From assembly GCA_944325055.1 (NCBI GenBank), contig CALUYP010000018.1, forward strand, positions 667-64,666: a stretch of 64,000 nt of DNA, in the 5' to 3' direction. The position numbers and the translations under genes are program-made. Below the pieces are notes generated by a model. That model made no database searches. It was not told the origin of the DNA and saw nothing but the letters and a program-made list of their open reading frames with translations. Origin of the DNA: an uncultured Elusimicrobiales bacterium. GTDB lineage: Bacteria > Elusimicrobiota > Elusimicrobia > Elusimicrobiales > Elusimicrobiaceae. Position 1 is the stretch's first letter. Every line of letters starts with the position of its first letter. Of the stretch, positions 34,187 through 43,340 are shown piece after piece.

Positions 34187-34651
34187 TTAGTTGGTAAAAT
34201 CCATTATATATTTATCGTTGGATAATTCCATTCCTATATTTTGGCACAATTCCACATCTCCGGTGCATTGGATATATTCTAATTCACCTCCGGAATTATA
34301 AGCCGTCAAAGTATAGCTGTTATCACTGCGAACGGTCGTAACGGTGGCGGATCCGTTTGTACCCGCCGTTAAATTTAAAACAGGCTCAGAAAAGTATTGG
34401 GTTTTCGTAAAATCTCCCGTAATAAACGTTCCATTGGAGGCCGAAGAAGCCACTCCCGCAGCCGTATACGAATTTCCATTCATTACATAGCGTGCATTTA
34501 CGGCATCGCTGGCCGCACGGAGATTGGTAATACCTTCCAAAGCGCGGCCGCGTTCCATAGAAGCATTATATTTAGGCAAACTGACCGTCACTAAAATTCC
34601 GACAATAACCATTACAATTAATAGTTCAATTAACGTAAACCCCTTTTTCAT
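34187..34651 (-). CDS. Type IV pilin / pseudopilin (prepilin-type N-terminal cleavage/methylation domain)
   Basis: MKKG|FTLIELLIVMVIVGILV (Gly-1, Phe+1, Glu+5). A C-terminal Cys pair is present (CTGDVELC). An AAGGAG SD lies 7 nt upstream. Confidence 0.88.
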   Translation of the reverse strand: MKKGFTLIELLIVMVIVGILVTVSLPKYNASMERGRALEGITNLRAASDAVNARYVMNGNSYTAAGVASSASNGTFITGDFTKTQYFSEPVLNLTAGTNGSATVTTVRSDNSYTLTAYNSGGELEYIQCTGDVELCQNIGMELSNDKYIMDFTN

Positions 34652-34773
34652 GATTGCGCTCCTTTATGAGTTAGTTTATTATATAAATTTAGATTTTTGA
34701 TGAACAGTGTTTTTTAGGCGTTATTCTTTTAATTTTATAAAATGGGAAAAAAGGCGCCTGGACGGGTAAAAGC

Positions 34774-35979
34774 ATGAATATGAAAAAGTTATTCTGGATT
34801 TTATTTTTACTTAACCTGTTTAATTATATAGACCGGCAAGTTCTATATTCGGTATTTCCGCTGTTGCAAACGGATTTGAAATTAAATGATTGGCAATTAG
34901 GCACCTTGGCTTCCGTCTTTATGTTGGTATATATGTGCTATGCTCCGTTTGTAGGATACTTTGCGGACCGTTCTCCCCGTCCAAAATGGATTGGTGCGAG
35001 CGCGCTTATCTGGAGCGCCGCCACTTTGGCGTGTGCTGCCGCTAAAAATTATTTTTCGCTGTTATTCACGCGGGGAATTATCGGTGTGGGGGAAGCCGGT
35101 TTTACCACCATTGCACAACCCTTTTTGGCAGAACATTATCCCCCTAAAAAACGCGCCACCGTATTAGCCCTATTCGGCTTAGCGCTCCCGGCTGGGAGTG
35201 CGTTAGGATATTTATGGGGCGGATACATTGGACTGCATTGGGGCTGGAGAGCGGCCTTCTTACTAGCGGGAATTCCTGGATTTCTTTTGGGCATATTGGC
35301 TTTTACCCAGTTAAAAGAAGAACGAGGCAGATTTCAAGATTTTACCCAAAAACCGATTACGCGGGATTACTTAGCCTTACTGAAAAATAAACCTTTTTTA
35401 TTTATCTGTTTGGCCCATGCCATGATTACTTTTATTATGGGAGGACTTTCCGCTTGGATGCCTACTTATCTCCACCGTTATTTAGGCATGAATGTAGCCC
35501 AAGCGGGAACTCTGTTCGGTGCGCTGGTTGTTTTTTGCGGGGCGATAGGCACCTATGCAGGAGGGAAAATAGCTGATATCCTGCTGCTTGGGTCCTCCAA
35601 ATCCTATTTTTGGGTAATGGCTTTTTCATTAGCGGGTCTTTTGCCGCCGGCTTGGTTAGGAATACAAATGCAACAGACTGCGGCAGCCTTATTTTGCTTT
35701 GGCACAGCCATTATCTTTGTTTTTCTGCCCACCGGTCCGGTGGCGGCGGCGTTGCTGTCCAGCACGAGTGAGAAAGTGCATTCGATGGCGTTTGCGGTAA
35801 ACATATTTATCATTCATGCATTAGGCGATGCCTTATCGCCCATGCTGGTAGGTCGGGCCTCGGATTATTGGGGGTTGAAAACCGCCGTACTGCTTTGCTG
35901 TTTAGCAGCCGTTCCCGGACTGCTCTTTACATGGCTGGCTTCACAAAATACGTTGATAAAATCATCCTCTCCCAACTAA
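34774..35979 (+). CDS. MFS transporter (Spinster-like subgroup)
   Basis: 12-TM pattern. The N-terminus reads FNYIDRQVLYSVFPLLQTDL, and motif A is similar to GYFADRSPRPK. Confidence 0.8.
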   Translation: MNMKKLFWILFLLNLFNYIDRQVLYSVFPLLQTDLKLNDWQLGTLASVFMLVYMCYAPFVGYFADRSPRPKWIGASALIWSAATLACAAAKNYFSLLFTRGIIGVGEAGFTTIAQPFLAEHYPPKKRATVLALFGLALPAGSALGYLWGGYIGLHWGWRAAFLLAGIPGFLLGILAFTQLKEERGRFQDFTQKPITRDYLALLKNKPFLFICLAHAMITFIMGGLSAWMPTYLHRYLGMNVAQAGTLFGALVVFCGAIGTYAGGKIADILLLGSSKSYFWVMAFSLAGLLPPAWLGIQMQQTAAALFCFGTAIIFVFLPTGPVAAALLSSTSEKVHSMAFAVNIFIIHALGDALSPMLVGRASDYWGLKTAVLLCCLAAVPGLLFTWLASQNTLIKSSSPN

Positions 35980-36146
35980 CCTTTTTTAACGTTTGTAAAA
36001 AGCCGCCTGAACCGATATACTTCTTATACCAAGTAAGACATCTGGGGGATAAAACACCACGGGGGACGGTTGTCTTAACCGGCGTTAAGACCGCCCTGCT
36101 TGCACTGCAGTAAGCTAAAGAATACTCTAAGCAAGTATTATGCCAA

Positions 36147-36176
36147 AAGGGAAAGCAACCTGCTTTCCCTTTTTTA
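36147..36176. terminator. Rho-independent terminator after MFS gene (may also serve convergent kor operon)
   Basis: GGGAAAGC-aacct-GCTTTCCC followed by TTTTTT on the plus strand. On the minus strand it is followed by TTTTGG. Confidence 0.8.
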
Positions 36177-36264
36177 TTTATCTGTTGTTTGATATAAAAC
36201 ACACAAAACAGCAATTAACGGTTTCGCCCCTTGCCGTTATATGATTTAATTTTGCCAAAAGGCA

Positions 36265-36798
36265 CTAAACAGCGTCATATCCGGCTTGCAACGCTTTCTT
36301 ATTGAGCTCCAGCATTTCCGGCTTCGCACGCTTATAAACCTTTTTCATAGCGTGCTCCACGCTTTGCAAGGCCACTGCGCCCGTTTTCTTGATAAACGCC
36401 CCCAAAGCCACCAAATTGGCGATGCGGTCCATTCCCAATTCCTCCGCAATCCTATTGCAAGGGACACAAACCACCTCAATATCGGTGCGGGTCGGGCGGG
36501 AATTAATCAACGAACTATTGATAATCATCAGCCCGCCTTTTTTGAGGATTGGTTCAAACTTGGGCAAAGACGGTTCGTTCATAATAATAACCGTATCGGG
36601 TGCGGATACAATCGGCGTATAAACTTCTCCATCGGATACTACCACCGAGCAGTTGGCCGTATCGCCGCGCATTTCCGGCCCGTAAGAAGGCAGCCAGCTG
36701 GCATTTTTCTTATCTTCCACTCCTGCCTGCGCCAGCAGAATCCCGGCTGAGATAACGCCTTGTCCGCCGAATCCGGCAATTCTGATTCCTTGATACAT
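36265..36798 (-). CDS. 2-oxoacid:ferredoxin oxidoreductase, gamma subunit
   Basis: IRIAGFGGQGVISAG... is typical of the gamma subunit. Its start overlaps the beta-subunit stop by 1 nt. It is the last gene of the delta-alpha-beta-gamma order. Confidence 0.85.
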   Translation of the reverse strand: MYQGIRIAGFGGQGVISAGILLAQAGVEDKKNASWLPSYGPEMRGDTANCSVVVSDGEVYTPIVSAPDTVIIMNEPSLPKFEPILKKGGLMIINSSLINSRPTRTDIEVVCVPCNRIAEELGMDRIANLVALGAFIKKTGAVALQSVEHAMKKVYKRAKPEMLELNKKALQAGYDAV

Positions 36799-37541
36799 TA
36801 TTTGCCTCCCTCGTCTTTAAAGACGCCCAGCGGATATTGCGGCATCATTTTCGTTCTTACAAATTCCAACGCCTGCGGTACGCTGGCATACCAGTTGGTC
36901 GGGCATTGGGAAAGTACTTCCACCATGGAGAAACCGACTCCGTTGACTTGGTTCTCAAACGCTTTTTTAATCGCTTTTTTGGCTTTCATTACATTTTGCG
37001 GAGAATCCACCGCTACGCGTTCCAAGTATTTGGCGCCGGTAATCTGGGCTAACATTTCGCACATATTAATCGGCCAGCCCTGCAGTTTCGGATCGCGCCC
37101 TTTCGGAGCGGTGGTAGCTACTTGACCAACCAAGGTGGTCGGTGCCATTTGGCCGCCCGTCATTCCGTAAATGGCGTTATTGATGAAAATAACGGTAATA
37201 TTTTCACTGCGTACGGCGGCGTGAACAATTTCTGCCATACCGATGGACGCCAAATCCCCGTCTCCTTGATACGAGAACACAATCGCTTCCGGTTTGGAGC
37301 GTTTAATTCCCGTTGCAATCGCCGGGCCGCGCCCGTGTGCGCCTTGCACCATATCACAGGCGAAATAGGAATCGGCAAACACGGCACAACCTACCGGGGC
37401 CACGCCGATGACGCGGTCGGCGATTTTAAGTTCATCAAAAGTTTCCCCCATTAAACGATGCACTATCCCGTGTCCGCAGCCGGGGCAGTAATGCATCGGC
37501 AGATCGGTTAAACTGGCGGGTTTTTTAGCAATAATAGTCAT
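36798..37541 (-). CDS. 2-oxoacid:ferredoxin oxidoreductase, beta (TPP-binding) subunit
   Basis: CPGCGHG and the TPP motif YQGDGDLASIG...INNAIYGMTGGQ. The start was trimmed to ATG 37541, one nt after the alpha-subunit stop codon (37544-37546). Confidence 0.85.
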   Translation of the reverse strand: MTIIAKKPASLTDLPMHYCPGCGHGIVHRLMGETFDELKIADRVIGVAPVGCAVFADSYFACDMVQGAHGRGPAIATGIKRSKPEAIVFSYQGDGDLASIGMAEIVHAAVRSENITVIFINNAIYGMTGGQMAPTTLVGQVATTAPKGRDPKLQGWPINMCEMLAQITGAKYLERVAVDSPQNVMKAKKAIKKAFENQVNGVGFSMVEVLSQCPTNWYASVPQALEFVRTKMMPQYPLGVFKDEGGK

Positions 37542-37543
37542 AC

Positions 37544-38707
37544 TTATTTGCCTCCCTTTAAGTCGCCCTGCATACCCAGCGACGTATCGCGCTTGCATTC
37601 AAAACTAAATCCCGCGGCATGTTCCTGCAAATCAAACAATCCTTCTTTCCCGCCGTTTAAAATAGAACGCACAGCCGCAAGAATGGAATTTCCGTCCGGC
37701 TGTCCGCCGGCAGGATAGGCGTTTAAATAGACGGGCGTTTTTCCATTGACCGCCAATTTAACATCTTGCACCAATTGACCCAAGCTCTGTTCCACGGATA
37801 ATACGCCTTTGGCTTTGGCCGCCAGCTCCGCCAAACGTTTAGACGGAAACGGCCACAGAGTAATCGGGCGGAACAAGCCGACTTTTAACCCTTCTTCTTT
37901 GGCCTTGTTGACGGCTTCCAAACAAGCACGGGACGATAATCCGTATGCCACTAATAGCACGTCGCAATCTTCCGCCTCGCGTTCTTCCCAGCGGGCTTCC
38001 GTTTTTTCAATTAACCCGTACCGTTTCGCGCGTTCCACCACATCAGGAATTAAATTATCCCCTTTATAGGAAAACACGTTGTTTTTCTTGCGTCCGTTTT
38101 TGTGGATATCCACCGCCCAGTCAAATTTACCAAGTTTATTGGGATCAATGGGATCAAAATTGAAAGACATACTCTCCATCATTTGCCCCAAGATACCGTC
38201 TGCCAAAATCATACAGGGCATCCGATATTTCTCAGCCAGTTCAAAACCCATCTTCGGGAAATTGCCCAATTCTTCCACGGAATTCGGCGCCAAAACGATC
38301 ACATGATAATCGCCGTTTCCGCCGCCGCGCGTAGCTTGGAAATAATCGCCCTGCGAACCGGAAATACTGCCCAGCCCCGGACCGCCGCGCATCACGTTTA
38401 CAATCAAACACGGCAGGTCAGCGCTGGCTAAATAGGTAATCCCTTCCTGCTTCAGGCTGATCCCCGGCGAAGAAGAAGACGTCATACTGCGCGTACCCGT
38501 AGAGGCTGCGCCGTACACCATATTGATAGCGGCCACTTCGCTTTCGGCTTGTACAAATGCACCGCCGGCATCGGCCATATAGGCAGACATATATTCCGGC
38601 ACCTCATTTTGGGGGGTAATCGGATATCCGGCAAAGAAACGGGCCCCGGCACGGATAGCGCCTTCAGCTAAAGCTTCGTTGCCTTTTCTTAATGTTTTTT
38701 CGGTCAT
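37544..38707 (-). CDS. 2-oxoacid:ferredoxin oxidoreductase, alpha subunit
   Basis: N-terminus GNEALAEGAIRAGARFFAGYPITPQNE, and the length is typical of KorA/VorA/PorA. Confidence 0.85.
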   Translation of the reverse strand: MTEKTLRKGNEALAEGAIRAGARFFAGYPITPQNEVPEYMSAYMADAGGAFVQAESEVAAINMVYGAASTGTRSMTSSSSPGISLKQEGITYLASADLPCLIVNVMRGGPGLGSISGSQGDYFQATRGGGNGDYHVIVLAPNSVEELGNFPKMGFELAEKYRMPCMILADGILGQMMESMSFNFDPIDPNKLGKFDWAVDIHKNGRKKNNVFSYKGDNLIPDVVERAKRYGLIEKTEARWEEREAEDCDVLLVAYGLSSRACLEAVNKAKEEGLKVGLFRPITLWPFPSKRLAELAAKAKGVLSVEQSLGQLVQDVKLAVNGKTPVYLNAYPAGGQPDGNSILAAVRSILNGGKEGLFDLQEHAAGFSFECKRDTSLGMQGDLKGGK

Positions 38708-38723
38708 AGCTAAAATCCTTAAA

Positions 38724-38930
38724 TTAGTCTTTAATTACCGTAATGGCAATATCGGGGCACATCATATAACACATGGCGCAGCCGATACAATTTTCCGGAT
38801 GTTGCATCTCAGCCGGGAAATATCCCTTTTTACTGATGGTTTTGGATTTGCCCAAACATTTTTTTGGGCAGGCATTCACGCACAAATAGCAAGCTTTACA
38901 CTTGTTTGCGTCTACTTCTATTCTTGGCAT
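38724..38930 (-). CDS. 2-oxoacid:ferredoxin oxidoreductase, delta subunit (2x[4Fe-4S] ferredoxin)
   Basis: Two CxxCxxCxxxCP motifs (CKACYLCVNACP, CIGCAMCYMMCP). An AGGAG SD is present. Confidence 0.85.
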   Translation of the reverse strand: MPRIEVDANKCKACYLCVNACPKKCLGKSKTISKKGYFPAEMQHPENCIGCAMCYMMCPDIAITVIKD

Positions 38931-38939
38931 AATTCTCCT

Positions 38940-38966
38940 GCGGGTCCGGGGGTTTGACCGGACCGC
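38940..38966 (-). promoter_or_regulatory. 5'-leader stem-loop abutting the SD of the oxidoreductase operon
   Basis: On the minus strand, GCGGTCCGG-tcaaaccc-CCGGACCCGC (9 bp, one bulge) is followed immediately by AGGAGAATTATG. Confidence 0.3.
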
Positions 38967-39098
38967 TCTTATTTACAGTATATTTCTTTTACGCGTACTT
39001 ACGCAATAAAAAAGTATATATACAACGCTCAGCCAATCTCTTGTTTTAAATCGTAAACTGGTTCAAAACAAAGAAAAAATTCCACGAATGTAATTTTA

Positions 39099-39127
39099 TT
39101 GCCGAAGATTCCGAAATTTAGTATGAT
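39099..39127 (+). promoter_or_regulatory. Sigma70-type promoter for tRNA-Phe
   Basis: -35 TTGCCG (39099-39104), a 17-nt spacer, and -10 TATGAT (39122-39127). The mature tRNA 5' end lies 12 nt downstream. Confidence 0.6.
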
Positions 39128-39138
39128 ATATAGGTAAT

Positions 39139-39210
39139 GCCGAGGTAGCTCAGTGGTAGAGCACTGGTCTGAAAAACCAGGTGTCGACAGTTCGATCCTG
39201 TCCCTCGGCA
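39139..39210 (+). tRNA. tRNA-Phe (anticodon GAA)
   Basis: GCCGAGGTAGCTCAGTGGTAGAGCACTGGTCTGAAAAACCAGGTGTCGACAGTTCGATCCTGTCCCTCGGCA. It has acceptor stem GCCGAGG/CCTCGGC, anticodon loop CU-GAA-AA and T loop TTCGATC. No CCA is encoded. Confidence 0.93.
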
Positions 39211-39234
39211 TTTCTTATGTCTTGTGGATTTATC

Positions 39235-39267
39235 AAAAAGCCCTCTGGTTGTTCCAGAGGGCTTTTT
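39235..39267. terminator. Bidirectional rho-independent terminator
   Basis: AAAAA-GCCCTCTGG-ttgtt-CCAGAGGGC-TTTTT lies between tRNA-Phe (+) and rlmI (-). Confidence 0.88.
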
Positions 39268-39273
39268 AAAGAT

Positions 39274-40446
39274 TTATCTTAATTGTATCAGCGCAAAATG
39301 CAAATATTCCGTTTCCGGCATGCCAATTAGCACGGGATGGTCTTTGGCCTGTCCGCGCAGTTCCACCAATACCGCTTTACGCCCGGACTTGCTGACGCCT
39401 TGGCGGATAATATCCACAAATAGCTCCCGCGAAATGTGGTGGGAACAAGTGGAAAAAGCCAAATAGCCTCCTTCTTTAATGCCTTCCAAAGCCATTTTGA
39501 CGAGTTTTACATACAACCCTACCGCCTGCGGCAGCGCTTTACGGCTTTTGACAAACGCCGGGGGATCCAACAAAACCATATCCGGCTGGTCGGGCAGTTC
39601 TCCTTTTTTCATAGCCGAAAGCAACCGTTCGGCGTCGTCTCGGTGGAAAACTACACTGTCGGACACGCCGTTTAGCTCCGCGTTTTTCTTGGCCCATTCC
39701 ACCGCCGCAGCGGAGGAATCGCACCCCCACACCTGGTTTGCCCCGGCCAAGGCGGCCGTAATGCCGAAAGACCCGATATAGGAATATAAGTCCAAAACCA
39801 ATTTATCTTTGAAATAGGGTTTTAAGAATTCACGGTTTTCACGTTGGTCAAAATAGAAGCCGGTTTTCTGTCCGCCGCGCAGCGGCACCATATATTTAAC
39901 TTTATTTTCTTCAATTTCCACCGCTTCCGGCACTTCGCCGATGATTTCGGGCGTATTGGTTAATCCCTCTAAAGCGCGGAAGGAGCTGTCGTTTTTATAA
40001 TAAATTCCTTTGGGTTTAAAAATTTTCTGTACGGCTTTGGTAATTTCGGGCTTTAGCTTTTCCATCCCGGCCGTCAGCACGTCAATAACAAGCACATCGC
40101 CATAGCGGTCAATTACCAACCCGGGCATATTGTCCGCTTCCCCGTAACACATACGTCCGTATTTGCGGACACCGATTTCTTTACGGTATGAATAAGCATT
40201 ATCTATATTTTCAAACACAAAATCTTTGGGTAAACCGCCTTCGCCTTTCATCAAAAGCCGAACCGAAATTAAACTGTGCGGATTAAAAAATCCAATTCCG
40301 ACTTGTTTGTTTTCGTGGTTCAGCACACGCACCAGAGATCCCGGTTCGACAGAAGTATCCAACCCATCAATCTCGTTTGAGAAAATCCACCAATGTCCTG
40401 CCTGTAAACGTCTTTCTTCTTTTGGTTTAAGTTTAATTTCAATCAT
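39274..40446 (-). CDS. rlmI: Class I SAM-dependent rRNA (cytosine-C5) methyltransferase, RlmI-like (PUA + MTase)
   Basis: N-terminal PUA-like region (GHWWIFSNEI), SAM fold DLYSYIGSFG, and catalytic LLDPPAF...STCS. Confidence 0.8.
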   Translation of the reverse strand: MIEIKLKPKEERRLQAGHWWIFSNEIDGLDTSVEPGSLVRVLNHENKQVGIGFFNPHSLISVRLLMKGEGGLPKDFVFENIDNAYSYRKEIGVRKYGRMCYGEADNMPGLVIDRYGDVLVIDVLTAGMEKLKPEITKAVQKIFKPKGIYYKNDSSFRALEGLTNTPEIIGEVPEAVEIEENKVKYMVPLRGGQKTGFYFDQRENREFLKPYFKDKLVLDLYSYIGSFGITAALAGANQVWGCDSSAAAVEWAKKNAELNGVSDSVVFHRDDAERLLSAMKKGELPDQPDMVLLDPPAFVKSRKALPQAVGLYVKLVKMALEGIKEGGYLAFSTCSHHISRELFVDIIRQGVSKSGRKAVLVELRGQAKDHPVLIGMPETEYLHFALIQLR

Positions 40447-40471
40447 AAGATTTCGCCGTTCGTCAAATCAT

Positions 40472-41035
40472 TTATTTGCTTGGTTCTTCCAAATCGGAAA
40501 AAGGAATCTGAGCGGCGCAGAGCGGACACTCTTTTGCACAGAATGTTTGCATCGGATAAGAAAGCAACGCCCGCAATGGAACCGCCAAAGGCAAATACCC
40601 CATCGAACGGTCCACAATCACGCCTACGCCAATCACGTTTCCCCCCAGTTTGCCTACGAGTTCAATGGCTTTATTTATCTTCCTTCCGGAAACGGCCACA
40701 TCATCTACAATCAGTACATTTTCGCCTTCTTTAATGGTAAAGTTATGTTTTAAAATCATTTCGCCGTCATCGCCGCGGGAGGCGAAAATGGCACGCACGC
40801 CGCGCGCGCGGGCGACTTCTTGCGCCAGCACCGAATCGGAGGGAGTCAGCGCCATAATCACATCCGCTTTTTTCGTAAATTTATCCGACAGCGCGCCGGC
40901 AATCCGTTGGGCTAAATGGGGATGCTGCATCAAAAGAGAAGTTTGGATATACGTTTGGCTGTGAAAGCCGGAAGGCATGACAAAATGTCCTTCTAAAATG
41001 GCCCCGTGTTCCTGCAAGAGGCAAAGTACGTCCAT
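40472..41035 (-). CDS. Phosphoribosyltransferase, orotate PRTase (PyrE)-like
   Basis: GHFVMPSGFHSQTYIQ and the PRPP loop VLIVDDVAVSGRK. The alternative start at 41050 overlaps the upstream gene. Confidence 0.65.
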   Translation of the reverse strand: MDVLCLLQEHGAILEGHFVMPSGFHSQTYIQTSLLMQHPHLAQRIAGALSDKFTKKADVIMALTPSDSVLAQEVARARGVRAIFASRGDDGEMILKHNFTIKEGENVLIVDDVAVSGRKINKAIELVGKLGGNVIGVGVIVDRSMGYLPLAVPLRALLSYPMQTFCAKECPLCAAQIPFSDLEEPSK

Positions 41036-41036
41036 A

Positions 41037-43337
41037 TTATTTCTTAGCATGAAAGTCTCCTTGGATAAATTCCTGTGCTGCTTTAAAACTGGTACTGAGC
41101 CCCTGTTCTTGGGCGGACTGAATCGTTTGACCGGTTTTCTTGGCGCGCATCATTTCCAAATTGGGTTTAAGCATGGAAGAAGATACGCGAAACGCCAAGG
41201 CCGGGTTTCCGGATTCATCCGTTAAGTTTTCCGCAAGCGCACCCGAACGAGAAGTATTGGTAAACATCGTCCATATAATGATATCAAAATTTTCGTTTAC
41301 CCAATCGGTCCAACCGCTGACCGCCGCGGAAATGGTAGGGCCTACCGTATAGGCATTATTAATCTGCATACGTCCTTTGTCAAAATCCACCGACACCGCC
41401 ATGTCGTTAAACGGCACGTCTTTTAACACTTGCCCGACTTTAAAGCTTCCGGCGCGTTCCATACGGTGCATCAAAATAAACGGTTGGAAAGTAATATTCA
41501 GAGCTTGCTGTTCTTCGGCGAGTTTCTCCATTTGGTGAATGACGCCGCCTTCCAAACGGGCTTTCAACGGGCCGGAGAGATTTTTCATTCCGGCATTCAT
41601 CCCGGTAAAATCAAACTCGGCGCTGAAGCGGTTGCCGGAAAGAACCTGGGTGGAGAAAGTATCTGCCGTTAAATTGCCGGCAAAATTCGGCATAAAATTG
41701 GGTAAGCGGTCCCGAAAATTACGCAGCCATGCCAGTTCCCCTTCCACGGGCGCTTTAAATTTGGCGCCTTTTTTAAGAAGGGGCGTAATCACGGTTACAA
41801 AATCCTTTACCGTGCCGATAAACGCCATCGGGTCTAAATCTTTCCAATAAATAGAAGTCCGTATTTTACGCCGAACGCTTTTTAAATTATTGACCGACAG
41901 GCTTAATTTAAACGGCACGCCGTTCAGTTCCGTAGAGGCGATATAGGCATACAAATTGCCCTTGCGCCAACTGGCGCTTAAATCCAGCTTATCAAAAACG
42001 GATTTGTTGACCGTCACCTTTCCCGCCGTCGTACGGGCATACAAATCGGCAAAGTTTTGCTTGGCTTGGAATTCTCCGCTTATTCCGTCGGCTTTAAACC
42101 CGTAGAATAAACCGGATACGTCTTTGCCCTGTACATTTAAAAACGGCAAAGAAAATTTACCTTTTTCGCGCAAGACTTGCGCCGAAACGGAGGCTTGCCC
42201 GTTAAGCTTATATTGTCCAATAGCGGGATAATAGGCGTTTTTCCCGGCGAGTTTAAAAAAGTTGGTGTTTCCCGTTAAATCCGCCGTAAACGGAGCTTGG
42301 GTAAAATCCAAATTGCCGGACGCGGAAACTTGAATATCTTGCGCCGAAGCCGTTACTTGATCCAGCTTTAAGAAACGGTATCCGTTTTCCAACAATCCTT
42401 GCGCACTAAGTTCCACCTTCGGAAGAGAGAATCCCAGCTCTTCTTCGTGGAATAGAGACAAATCCTTGCTTTCAAACGCCGGGATACTGGCTTTAACATT
42501 AAAATAAGGCACCCGCAAATTATCCAAATCAATCAGTAAAACCACCGGTTTTTGAAATAAAAATACTTGAGTACGCAGACTGCGCAAGGCAAATTTGTTC
42601 CAATCAAAATTGGCAAAATTTACGTGGCCCGTTCCTTTTATTTCCATATCGGAGATATTATCCCCCCATTTGTTGCGTACAATCATTTCTAAATTAAAGC
42701 GGGATAATTCATCGAAACGCAGCTGTTCAAAATGCAGGTTGAGTCCATAAATCGCGTGCGATACGCCGGACGCCAGATCCTTATAACTAAACACCCCGTT
42801 ATGCACCGACCAGTCCTCTACGCTAACGGCTAGTTTCCGTCCCGTCAATTCGCTAGTGTAGACGGATTTTTCTTTCGGTGTACGGATTTTCGGCATATTG
42901 TATGTCCCGTTGGTTTGACGCACCACGTTAAACCGCGGCGAATTTAAAGACACTTCATCTATGATTAATTGTTGGCGAAATAAAGGAAGCAACTTAAACT
43001 GCAGGGTAACCGATTCGGCAGACAATAACGGATACCCCGGCGCGCCTTCGGTATCCAATACGGAAAAACCCTTGAGTTCCAACGTGTTGATAAATTTTAA
43101 ATCCAACGAGGAAATAATAACCGGCCGATCCAGCCGTTTTTGCAGTTCTTCGGTAATCAGTTCGCTGATATGTTGGGCATTAAATGTTTTTAGAAAAAGA
43201 AGCCACACTCCCGCCGCTAAGAGCAAAAGTAACATAACGGTAAACAATACCGTACGCAAACTAAGCACAAAGCACGATTTTATAAACCGCCATACCCAAG
43301 AGCCGAAGCTTCTTTTTTTCTTATGTTTTTTACCCAT
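41037..43337 (-). CDS. AsmA-family outer-membrane biogenesis protein
   Basis: An N-terminal basic region plus TM anchor (LLLLLAAGVWLFL) is followed by a long beta-rich periplasmic region with an AsmA-like repeating character. The family call is by overall architecture. Confidence 0.6.
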   Translation of the reverse strand: MGKKHKKKRSFGSWVWRFIKSCFVLSLRTVLFTVMLLLLLAAGVWLLFLKTFNAQHISELITEELQKRLDRPVIISSLDLKFINTLELKGFSVLDTEGAPGYPLLSAESVTLQFKLLPLFRQQLIIDEVSLNSPRFNVVRQTNGTYNMPKIRTPKEKSVYTSELTGRKLAVSVEDWSVHNGVFSYKDLASGVSHAIYGLNLHFEQLRFDELSRFNLEMIVRNKWGDNISDMEIKGTGHVNFANFDWNKFALRSLRTQVFLFQKPVVLLIDLDNLRVPYFNVKASIPAFESKDLSLFHEEELGFSLPKVELSAQGLLENGYRFLKLDQVTASAQDIQVSASGNLDFTQAPFTADLTGNTNFFKLAGKNAYYPAIGQYKLNGQASVSAQVLREKGKFSLPFLNVQGKDVSGLFYGFKADGISGEFQAKQNFADLYARTTAGKVTVNKSVFDKLDLSASWRKGNLYAYIASTELNGVPFKLSLSVNNLKSVRRKIRTSIYWKDLDPMAFIGTVKDFVTVITPLLKKGAKFKAPVEGELAWLRNFRDRLPNFMPNFAGNLTADTFSTQVLSGNRFSAEFDFTGMNAGMKNLSGPLKARLEGGVIHQMEKLAEEQQALNITFQPFILMHRMERAGSFKVGQVLKDVPFNDMAVSVDFDKGRMQINNAYTVGPTISAAVSGWTDWVNENFDIIIWTMFTNTSRSGALAENLTDESGNPALAFRVSSSMLKPNLEMMRAKKTGQTIQSAQEQGLSTSFKAAQEFIQGDFHAKK

Positions 43338-43340
43338 TTT

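Noticed and set aside
35980-36146. Possible SRP (4.5S) RNA or other housekeeping ncRNA in the structured spacer
   Set aside because: The conserved SRP domain IV sequence (GGAAGCAGCC-type motif) is absent, and I could recognise no match to tmRNA or RNase P hallmarks.
35927-36214. 95-aa minus-strand ORF and 81-aa plus-strand ORF in the MFS 3' region
   Set aside because: Both overlap the MFS coding end or the terminator. They have no SD, no motifs and odd composition. The region is better explained as structured non-coding RNA.
39029-39211. 60-aa minus-strand ORF
   Set aside because: It overlaps tRNA-Phe and its promoter on the opposite strand. The tRNA cloverleaf fully explains the sequence.
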